The notes: generated from the letters alone by a model not told the origin. Shown: positions 32,775 through 39,875, numbered from the stretch's first letter. The stretch: DNA of 64,000 nucleotides from an uncultured Planctomycetaceae bacterium (GCA_963785305.1 CAWAUV010000002.1:128001-192000); one strand, 5' to 3'. Program-made: numbers and translations.

Positions 32775-32813
32775 TCATGTCGGTCGGACGCGGTGCCCGC
32801 CGACATAGTTCAG

Positions 32814-32897
32814 TGACCAAGGGGAGAGTCGAACTCCCATGCCATTGATGGCACGACGTTCTGAGCGTCGCGTGTCTGCCAGTTCCACCACTTGGTC
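32814..32897 (-). tRNA. tRNA-Leu(CAG)
   Basis: CGACG CTCAGAA CGTCG; long variable arm. Confidence 0.88.
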
Positions 32898-32909
32898 AAT
32901 GTGATCGAG

Positions 32910-32982
32910 TGACCCGTGCGGGAATCGAACCCGCCCTTCCAGCTTGAGAGGCTGGCGTCCTGAACCGATAGACAAACGGGCC
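32910..32982 (-). tRNA. tRNA-Glu(CTC)
   Basis: CCAGC CTCTCAA GCTGG. Confidence 0.85.
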
Positions 32983-32988
32983 GCTCAG

Positions 32989-33070
32989 TGCGCCGGGCAG
33001 GAGTTGAACCTGCAATGCCCGAAGGCGGGTGGGTTACAGCCACTTGGGCACGCCAATGCCCAGCCGACGC
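32989..33070 (-). tRNA. tRNA-Tyr(GTA)
   Basis: AGTGG CTGTAAC CCACC; long variable arm. Confidence 0.82.
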
Positions 33071-33078
33071 GTTTCGAG

Positions 33079-33157
33079 TGGCACGGGTCGGAGTCGAACC
33101 GACAGACAGATCACGAAGGTTTGAGCTTCGCCGCTTTACCGGTTTGCGTACCGTGCC
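33079..33157 (-). tRNA. tRNA-Leu(CAA), reduced variable arm
   Basis: CGAAG CTCAAAC CTTCG. Confidence 0.8.
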
Positions 33158-33165
33158 ATCACAAG

Positions 33166-33240
33166 CGTCCCCGGCGGGATTTGAACCCGCGATCTCCACC
33201 TTGACAGGGTGGCGAGCACTCCAGGCTGCTCCACGAGGAC
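33166..33240 (-). tRNA. tRNA-Asp(GTC)
   Basis: CCACC CTGTCAA GGTGG; G73. Confidence 0.9.
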
Positions 33241-33254
33241 AGATATATATTGAG

Positions 33255-33328
33255 TAGCTCAGGTGGGACTCGAACCCACAGCATCCCTGGTTCTAAGCCA
33301 AGGTGGTCTGCCAATTGCCTACCGAGCC
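33255..33328 (-). tRNA. tRNA-Leu(TAG), short variable region
   Basis: CTTGG CTTAGAA CCAGG. Confidence 0.8.
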
Positions 33329-33347
33329 ATGTCGCTGTCCATCGCAG

Positions 33348-33420
33348 TGCCCAGGGCAGGAGTCGAACCTGCAAACACTCGGGTTTAAGCCGAACCGCTC
33401 TGCCGTTGGCGTACCTGGGC
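33348..33420 (-). tRNA. tRNA-Leu(TAA), short variable region
   Basis: TTCGG CTTAAAC CCGAG. Confidence 0.8.
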
Positions 33421-33424
33421 GCAG

Positions 33425-33497
33425 TAGTCCCGGGTGGACTCGAACCACCGGTCGGCGCTTTGTAGGAGCGCTGCCTTTGCCGCTAGGCGACGGGACC
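33425..33497 (-). tRNA. tRNA-Val(TAC)
   Basis: GCGCT CCTACAA AGCGC; C33. Confidence 0.8.
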
Positions 33498-33511
33498 GCG
33501 TATGCGTGAAG

Positions 33512-33582
33512 TGGACTCACTGGGATTCGCACCCAGATTTTCGGCTTGCGGAGCCGGCGTCTTCCTGTTGGACGATGAGCCC
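33512..33582 (-). tRNA. tRNA-Ala(CGC)
   Basis: CCGGC TCCGCAA GCCGA; G3:U70; C33; T-loop TGCGAAT. Confidence 0.78.
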
Positions 33583-33596
33583 GAATGGATCGAAAG

Positions 33597-33682
33597 CGGA
33601 AGCGGTGAGACTCGAACTCACAAGCGGCCAAGTGCCGCCACCTGTTTTCGAGACAGGCTCCTCATCCGGCCGGATCACTTCC
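33597..33682 (-). tRNA. tRNA-Ser(CGA)
   Basis: CCTGT CTCGAAA ACAGG; long variable arm. Confidence 0.85.
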
Positions 33683-33703
33683 GTAATTCAGCACTGCAAA
33701 AAG

Positions 33704-33778
33704 TTCCGGGGGTTGGAATCGAACCAACGACCTCCTGGTTCAGAGCCAGGCGTCACTACCAACAGCAACTACCCCGGA
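33704..33778 (-). tRNA. tRNA-Gln(CTG)
   Basis: CCTGG CTCTGAA CCAGG; U1:A72. Confidence 0.83.
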
Positions 33779-33816
33779 TCGCGTTGTCTCGGCTGACACT
33801 CGCGCGAGTGCCTGAG

Positions 33817-33887
33817 TTCGGGGAGAAGGAATTGAACCTCCACCACCTGGTTCAAAGCCAGGCAGCCTACCGTTAGCCGATCCCCGA
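33817..33887 (-). tRNA. tRNA-Gln(TTG)
   Basis: CCTGG CTTTGAA CCAGG; U1:A72. Confidence 0.85.
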
Positions 33888-33902
33888 TCGCGTTCGTGCG
33901 AA

Positions 33903-33974
33903 AGTGCCCTGTGGGAGTTGAACCCACCTCGCCAGCTTGGAAGGCTGGCACCTTTGCCGCTCGGCCAAGGGCAC
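33903..33974 (-). tRNA. tRNA-Gly(TCC)
   Basis: CCAGC CTTCCAA GCTGG; U73. Confidence 0.85.
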
Positions 33975-33979
33975 ATGAG

Positions 33980-34063
33980 CGGAGGGAGAGGGAGTCGAAC
34001 CCCCAAGGCTTGTCGCTCGACTGTTTTCAAGACAGCTGCCATCGCCAGTCGGCTTGTCCCTCC
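33980..34063 (-). tRNA. tRNA-Ser(TGA)
   Basis: GCTGT CTTGAAA ACAGT; long variable arm. Confidence 0.85.
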
Positions 34064-34071
34064 ACGCGAAG

Positions 34072-34143
34072 CTGCGGCGGCAGGAATCGAACCTGCAATC
34101 GTCTCCTTAACAGGGAGCTGCCTTACCGTTTGGCCACACCGCA
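34072..34143 (-). tRNA. tRNA-Asn(GTT)
   Basis: GCTCC CTGTTAA GGAGA; G73. Confidence 0.85.
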
Positions 34144-34152
34144 ATGAATCAG

Positions 34153-34226
34153 TCAGGGCGGCTGGATTTGAACCAGCGCTCTCCTGCTCCCGAGGCAGGC
34201 GGAATTCCAGACTTTCCCACACCCTG
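34153..34226 (-). tRNA. tRNA-Pro(CGG)
   Basis: CCTGC CTCGGGA GCAGG. Confidence 0.85.
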
Positions 34227-34241
34227 ATGTCTTCAATTAAA

Positions 34242-34312
34242 AGCGCCCAGCGGGAGTCGAACCCGCACTTCCGCCATGGCAAGGCAGCAGGCTACCGCTA
34301 CATCATGGGCGC
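34242..34312 (-). tRNA. tRNA-Gly(GCC)
   Basis: CTGCC TTGCCAT GGCGG; U73. Confidence 0.85.
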
Positions 34313-34344
34313 AAAGAATCGGACCAAATTGTCAAAGATCGCAG

Positions 34345-34416
34345 AGCACCGGGTGGGACTCGAACCCACGTCGCCGCATTACGGGTGCGGGGTCCTCGCC
34401 GCTGGACGACCAGTGC
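34345..34416 (-). tRNA. tRNA-Thr(CGT)
   Basis: CCGCA CCCGTAA TGCGG; C33. Confidence 0.8.
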
Positions 34417-34427
34417 CTAAGTGTCAG

Positions 34428-34500
34428 TGGGATCAGAGGGGCTCGAACCCTCACCGACCTGGGTAAGAACCAGGCATGCTGCCGCTAACACCTTGATCCC
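34428..34500 (-). tRNA. tRNA-Lys(CTT)
   Basis: CCTGG TTCTTAC CCAGG. Confidence 0.82.
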
Positions 34501-34533
34501 GTCGTTCGTTTTGCTGTCGTTCTGTGCGCAAAC

Positions 34534-34605
34534 TCGGCGCGGAGGGAGTCGAACCCTCGTCTGATCCTTATAAGAGACCTGCTCTGACCGTTGAGCTACG
34601 CGCCG
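34534..34605 (-). tRNA. tRNA-Ile(TAT)
   Basis: GGTCT CTTATAA GGATC; canonical D arm TAGCTCAACGGTCAGAGC; A73. Confidence 0.82.
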
Positions 34606-34639
34606 GCTAGGGCGATCGGTTGATCGCCGCTTCGACGAG

Positions 34640-34711
34640 TAGGGCCGGAGGGATTTGAACCCACACCTATCGGATTAAAAGTCCGGAGTGCTGCCGTTAC
34701 ACCACGACCCC
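34640..34711 (-). tRNA. tRNA-Lys(TTT)
   Basis: CCGGA CTTTTAA TCCGA. Confidence 0.85.
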
Positions 34712-34800
34712 AAAGGTTGGTCGGGCGTATCCGTTTCGTGGGCTTGGTCTCGAACATCGTCTTGCGCGACATGTTGTGCCTCCTGCGTTCGCGTGCTCAG

Positions 34801-34871
34801 TAGTCCGGGATGGAGTTGAACCATCGCCGACGACATATCAGATCGCCATGCTGCCGTTACACCACCGGACA
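34801..34871 (-). tRNA. tRNA-Ile(GAT)
   Basis: GCGAT CTGATAT GTCGT; 1:72 mismatch. Confidence 0.75.
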
Positions 34872-34889
34872 ACAACTCCGTCGCTTCAG

Positions 34890-34962
34890 TCGGGATGGTC
34901 GGACTCGAACCGACACGCTCGTGCTCCCAAGGCACGTGGGCTTGCCGTTACCCTACATCCCG
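34890..34962 (-). tRNA. tRNA-Pro(TGG)
   Basis: CGTGC CTTGGGA GCACG. Confidence 0.87.
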
Positions 34963-34986
34963 TTTGCCGTCACCATCTTCTGTCAG

Positions 34987-35059
34987 TAGCTCGTATGGGA
35001 GTCGAACCCATCTCTCCGGATTGAAAGCCCGGTATCCTGCACCGATAGACGAACGAGCC
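34987..35059 (-). tRNA. tRNA-Glu(TTC)
   Basis: CCGGG CTTTCAA TCCGG. Confidence 0.87.
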
Positions 35060-35105
35060 GCGTGTTTTACCGTCCGCGCGCACCCTGGCGCGCACGTCGA
35101 GCGAG

Positions 35106-35177
35106 TGGGTCGGGAGGCGCTCGAATCCTCGTCTGCGGCTTTTCAGGCCGCCGCTAAACCGTCTCAGCTACCGGCCC
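35106..35177 (-). tRNA. tRNA-Phe(GAA), first gene of the array
   Basis: GCGGC CTGAAAA GCCGC. Confidence 0.82.
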
Positions 35178-35221
35178 GTTGCTCTCCGATTCCCGCCGTC
35201 ATTCCTCCTGCTTCAGACCAA

Positions 35222-35260
35222 CAAAAAAGGCCCGATGTCCTTGCGACACCGAGCCTTTTG
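35222..35260 (-). terminator. Intrinsic terminator / attenuator in the array leader
   Basis: GGCTCGGTGTC-GCAAG-GACATCGGGCC followed by TTTTTT on the minus strand. Confidence 0.75.
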
Positions 35261-35506
35261 GGCTTTCAGACCGTTTTCGTCCGAGTGTCACAAGCGCAGG
35301 ATTGGGGGCGAGGTTATTCACGCCTGACCGCGTGCCTTGGGCGCACATGGTATCGCGCAGCGTGGAATAACGCTCCGCCATGCGTTCTCGAATCGAACTC
35401 GGTCGTAAAAACATCATCGAAGTCACGTTTCCCGCAAAATCCGAGGGCCCGTCAAAAGGCCCGTCAAAAAGCACTCGCGAATATTCGCATCGCGAGGGCA
35501 TACCCA

Positions 35507-35533
35507 CTAGACGCCGGCCGCCGACAAAAGTTC
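35507..35533 (-). promoter_or_regulatory. Putative ECF sigma promoter for the tRNA array
   Basis: Minus strand GAACTT-N16-TCTAG (CGTCTA), similar to the sigmaE/AlgU-type consensus. Confidence 0.45.
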
Positions 35534-35850
35534 GCGCGAAATTTTTAGGAGCCTTCCGCCAGCAACGGGTTCGCGTCGGCCGGCACTTGGCGAGGCTGAC
35601 AAAAGCCACGATGGCATTTTTCAACAGTCCGCGAACCGTGATGTTGTTTTCGCCCGGCAAAACACGGCGCTTTTGAGGTTGTTCTCGTTTCCGCGCGACG
35701 TTTTCTGGAGTCCAACTTCACGGAAACCGCAAAAAACGCCGCGATTTTTTTGGCGGGGGCCGCGGGCCCAGAAACCGCCTGACAATTACCCGCCATGTCA
35801 TTCCCCACGGCAAGCATGGACATGGCGCCCGGCGTCTTCGGTTTGGCCTC

Positions 35851-36995
35851 TTACACGCCCTTGTGACTTAAGAGCGGGCGGAGCCGCCGTAGTGATCGGG
35901 TGAGGCGCCGCTGCGCGCATCACCGCGAAGATGTCCTTGTAGGCTGACGGCGCTTCATCGCGAAGCGACCGCGCATGGCGCTGGTCGAACCAAACGCCTT
36001 GCATTTCGTCGAGCAGTTGCCGCTTTCCGATCGTTCGCGCCGCCGCCGCGCGGCTCAATGCGCGTCCGGCGCCGTGGGAGCTCGAGCACAACGATTCGGA
36101 ACATCCGCGACCCAGCGTGTGAAAACTGGCCGTGCCCATGGAACCGGGCACAATTCCGGGCTCATCGGCCCGCGCCGACTGCGCTCCTTTGCGATGCACC
36201 CAAAGTTCGACGCCCTCATGGACTTCGGCTCGCACATGGTTGTGATCGGCATGGATGATCGAGTGTTCTTCAAGTCCGATGTCAAACAGTTCGTCGAGTG
36301 TTTCGGCGACGTTCGCCAGCATCGCCAGCCGATTGGCCGAGGCATAGCGCTGGGCCCAAGCGGCGTCGGCCAGGTAATTACATCCCCCGGGGCTTTCGGC
36401 GACGAAAAACGGCAGCCACTTGGCCTCGAGATCGATCTGGGCCAGCGAGGTGATGATTCGTAATGGCCTGGCCCATGCCGCGCAAACCCGAGTGAATCAT
36501 CACCCATAGTTGGTCCTGATCGTCGCTTTGAAATTCGAGAAAATGGTTGCCGCGGCCCAGAGTGCCCAACTGCACTCGCCCCTCGCGAGATTTCAGTTTA
36601 TCGAGTCGCGGGTGGCTCAGCGGCATGTGGGCGAGCGCCTCGGGCAAGGCCTCGGGCATTGTCCCCGCGCCATGTTTGAGCGAGGGAACCCGGCGATAGA
36701 GCGCGTCGAGGAGTTTGGCGGCCAAGCGCTCATCGGCCAGGAGTTCCGCGGCGCCCGAGAATCGCGCCGTGAGAATGCCGCAACCGATATCGCCGCCAAC
36801 GGCCGCCGGAAAGATTCGCGAGCGCATGCCCACGACGAGCCCGACGCACACCTGTTTGGCTAGGTGCGCGTCGGGCATTACCGCAATTCGCTCTACATCG
36901 TCTAATCGCGCCAAGGCTTCAATGGCGGCCGCGGCCTCTGGCGGCAGAGGCTCCGCGAGCCAGCAACGCGCCTTTCGATGCGAAGCGCGATTCAT
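35851..36995 (-). CDS. rtcB: RNA 3'-phosphate/5'-OH ligase RtcB family (frameshifted)
   Basis: MPDAH, GGDIGCG, GTLGRGNHFLE, HSGLRG, HNH, VHRKGA, PGSMG, SHGAGR, DEAPSAYKDI; ends LRPLLSHKGV*. Confidence 0.92.
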
Positions 36996-37428
36996 TGGCC
37001 GCCCTCGAAGGCTTTCGGAGACGCGAGAAACTCGAACAACAGCTTCGGCGCCCGCTTCCGAGTAATCGCCGCCGCCACGCCGCGCGCAGGCGTCCGGACT
37101 CCGCGGCAAGGCGCGCGAGAACTTCGAACGGATCGAATGGCGCGGCGGGCTCGACCGCTGGAACCACGACCACAAGCAATCGCGACGCGTCGGGCGCCGG
37201 TCGAACTTCGGCCACTTGCAGGAGCGAAAGCAACTCGTCGCGACTCTCGCCGCCCAGCAAATAATTCAGCGTGTCTTGAGCCTGGCTGCAAAGCTGCAAG
37301 GTTTTGCGTCCGGATTTCCACCCGGCTTTGCCTTGGCGGAAGAAGTCCCGGGGATCGACGCCATCGTCATCTCGCGATTCGGAAGATAAGGGCGGCACTC
37401 GGCGCGCGGCCCGTCGTTTGGATGTCAT
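36992..37428 (-). CDS. Ribosome-binding factor A-like paralog (frameshift near 37085)
   Basis: RKTLQLCSQ..RDELL..LQVAEVRPAPDASRLLV..GRLR..VAAAITRKRAPKLLF, an RbfA-type KH pattern; stop overlaps rtcB start. Confidence 0.7.
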
Positions 37429-37548
37429 GGGTTCTCTCACGAGGAAAAAAGTCGCGCGCGGAGCGAGCGCCGTGGTATTCGCGTCGACGCGACGCGAGCC
37501 CTGAAGCGTGAGAGCCTGCCCCGAGAACCGGAGCCAGATAATGAGCAA

Positions 37549-37605
37549 TTAGCCGCGGTCGTCGCGCAGGCTCGGCGACACAAACAAGCAAATGGCGATG
37601 TTCAT
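37549..37605 (-). CDS. Putative 18-aa leader peptide MNIAICLFVSPSLRDDRG
   Basis: GGAGG Shine-Dalgarno 6 nt before the ATG; lies upstream of a hairpin/U-tract and the RbfA-like gene. Confidence 0.4.
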   Translation of the reverse strand: MNIAICLFVSPSLRDDRG

Positions 37606-37792
37606 GGTCGACCTCCAGATTGGGGAGTGCTTGGCCTTTGCGATAGCGGCCCCGATGCCGCGAACGAACCCAAGACGCGGATGGGCCCGCGAAGGTTCGC
37701 GCATCGGAAATCGCGGCAAGCCGGCGGACGTTGAGCTAGAAATGAACAAAGGACTCGCGGCATGGCGCCGTAAGTCCTTTGCTAGCTATGAG

Positions 37793-37876
37793 TGCGGGAA
37801 ACAGGACTTGAACCTGCACGAGGTTACCCCCACCAGGCCCTCAACCTGGCGCGTCTGCCAATTCCGCCATTCCCGC
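37793..37876 (-). tRNA. tRNA-Leu(GAG), canonical core-type
   Basis: GCGGGAATGGCGGAATTGGCAGACGCG CCAGG TTGAGGG CCTGG; long variable arm. Confidence 0.93.
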
Positions 37877-37902
37877 GGGCAGTTGTGCTCCGTGTGGAGT
37901 AT

Positions 37903-39402
37903 TCAACTTTTTTGCCGCGGCGTCAAGCCATCGCCCGCCGAGATCGCGAACACATCCTTTAACCCGCCGAGCTTCTCGCTTTTGCCGCCGATCGCATGGA
38001 CCTCCGGGCCGACATGCGCCGTCACCAAGCTACCAAACAGCGTGAACGGGCTCGCCTCGACGATCGTCACCGGCAAAATCCGACCGATCTGACGCTGTGT
38101 GCCCGAAAACACCACGATGCGGTCGCAACGGGTGCGGCCCACGAGTTGCAACACCGGGCCCGACTCGCCCAGCTTTTGACTTGTTTTGCTTGGTCCCTCG
38201 ACGAGCACCTCCAGCGTGCGGCCGACCAGCGGCTGATTGTCTTCGTGGCTGATCGCGTTTTGGATCGCCAAGAGGTCGTTGTTGCGCCGCCGCTTCACTT
38301 CCTCGGGCACGTCGTCGGGAAAAAGTTGGGCTCCCTTCGTGCCGGGCCGCTCGCTGTATTTGAAGATGAAGCTGTTCTTGAAGCGGCATTCGCGCACCAG
38401 CGACTCCGTGGCGGCGAAGTCGTCTTCGGTCTCGCCCGAAAAGCCCACGATAAAATCGCTCGTCACGGCCGCCTCGGGCACAATCTCGCGAATGCGGGCC
38501 ATCATCTCGCGATATTCCTCCACCGTGTAACCGCGTTTCATGCGGCGGAGCACCGTGTTCGAGCCGCTTTGCGCCGGCACATGCAAATAGGGCGACACCT
38601 TGGGCAGGTCGCGCACCGCCTGGAGCAGGTCGTCGGTCATGTCGCGCGGATAATTGGTCACGAACTTGAGCCGATCGAGCCCCGCGATATCGCCGAGCGC
38701 CACGAGCAGGTCGGCCAATCGCCACAGGCGACCGCCGCTCGCGTGGCGATAGCTGTTGACGGTTTGGCCCAGGAGCGTGATCTCGCGGCAGCCTTCGGCG
38801 GCGAGTTGCTTCGCTTCGGCGATGATCGCCTCGGGCGGCCGGCTTTGCTCGGGTCCGCGCACCGAAGGCACGATGCAATAGGTACAGAATTTGTCGCAAC
38901 CGATCATGATCCGCACGAAGGCTTGGAATGGGCTCGGCCGCATCGTCGGATCGCGGAGCGGATCGTAACTCTCGAAGCTCTGCTCGACCACGTCGCGAGC
39001 GCCGGCCTTGCGATCAAGACTCACTTCAAGCTGTTCGCTCGCTCCGGCTTCGGCGCGGGCAATCAACTCGGCGGTCTGATGAATCTGGCCGGGCCCGACC
39101 ACGAGATCGACAAACGGGGCCCGCTCGAAGATGAGGCGTTGATCCTTTTGGGCCATGCAACCCAACACGCCGATGATTTTGTGCGGATGCTCGCGTTTGG
39201 CGTGTTTGAGTCGGCCGAGGGCGCTGTAGATTTTGTCTTCGGCGTGCTGGCGTACACTGCATGTGTTGAACAGTATCACATCGGCCTGGGCCGGCGCGTC
39301 GGCCAGTTCATAGCCCTCTTTGCGCAGACTGGCCACGACCAGCTCGCTATCGAGCATGTTCATTTGGCAGCCGACGGTTTCGATATAAAGTCGTTTGGCC
39401 AC
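37903..39402 (-). CDS. miaB: tRNA-2-methylthio-N6-dimethylallyladenosine synthase
   Basis: GCQMN, NTCSVR, GCMAQ, GCDKFCTYCIVP radical SAM motif, C-terminal TRAM domain. Confidence 0.95.
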   Translation of the reverse strand: MAKRLYIETVGCQMNMLDSELVVASLRKEGYELADAPAQADVILFNTCSVRQHAEDKIYSALGRLKHAKREHPHKIIGVLGCMAQKDQRLIFERAPFVDLVVGPGQIHQTAELIARAEAGASEQLEVSLDRKAGARDVVEQSFESYDPLRDPTMRPSPFQAFVRIMIGCDKFCTYCIVPSVRGPEQSRPPEAIIAEAKQLAAEGCREITLLGQTVNSYRHASGGRLWRLADLLVALGDIAGLDRLKFVTNYPRDMTDDLLQAVRDLPKVSPYLHVPAQSGSNTVLRRMKRGYTVEEYREMMARIREIVPEAAVTSDFIVGFSGETEDDFAATESLVRECRFKNSFIFKYSERPGTKGAQLFPDDVPEEVKRRRNNDLLAIQNAISHEDNQPLVGRTLEVLVEGPSKTSQKLGESGPVLQLVGRTRCDRIVVFSGTQRQIGRILPVTIVEASPFTLFGSLVTAHVGPEVHAIGGKSEKLGGLKDVFAISAGDGLTPRQKS

Positions 39403-39423
39403 GGATTCGCGGAGTGTGTTCGG

Positions 39424-39711
39424 TTATTTTTTGACGACGGCGCCGGCGGGGCCATTTGCGCCGCCGGCAGCGGGGCCCGCAGTCACGGGCGCTCGCGGCG
39501 CGATCGGAGGGCGCGGGGCGGCTTTTTGTTTTTCTTGCTCTTTTTTGACGGCTTCGGCGCGGCGGCGCTTCTCTTGTTCGGCTTCCATTTGCCGGCGCAA
39601 CTGAACCATCAGCTCATCGCGCCGGCGGTTCATCATGCGCACGAGCACCCCGATCGCCACGAACGCCGCGGCCGCCAGCAGCACCCATTCCCAAGCATCC
39701 ATGCCCTTCAT
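39424..39711 (-). CDS. Small hypothetical membrane protein
   Basis: One TM helix plus charged coiled-coil; directly upstream of miaB. Confidence 0.55.
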   Translation of the reverse strand: MKGMDAWEWVLLAAAAFVAIGVLVRMMNRRRDELMVQLRRQMEAEQEKRRRAEAVKKEQEKQKAAPRPPIAPRAPVTAGPAAGGANGPAGAVVKK

Positions 39712-39875
39712 GACTCTCCTCCGCGAGCGACGGGCCGCCGCCAAAATCGCGGCCGAAACCACCCGGCGGCGCTCGCCGGGGGCCATCTTAAACCAGCGAC
39801 CGCCCGGGGCGCCAGCGAGAAATGCGCGGTTGCAGCCTCGCAGCCCCGCCGGCGCTAGCAACAGCCCGAGTGATG

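Noticed and set aside
30660..35180. Recurring gagtcgaacc motif as a CRISPR repeat
   Set aside because: It is the reverse complement of the tRNA T arm; there are no identical repeats and no cas genes.
30847..35548. Many 60-217 aa ORFs across the tRNA array
   Set aside because: They are shadow frames of tRNA genes with no protein motifs; only the HNH gene and the SD-led 58-aa ORF were kept.
35580..35635. tttttcaacagtc segment resembling an IS terminal repeat
   Set aside because: No partner end or transposase was found in the window; at most a remnant.
29056..37790. Prophage origin of the tRNA array
   Set aside because: No structural, terminase, replication or integrase genes occur in the window.
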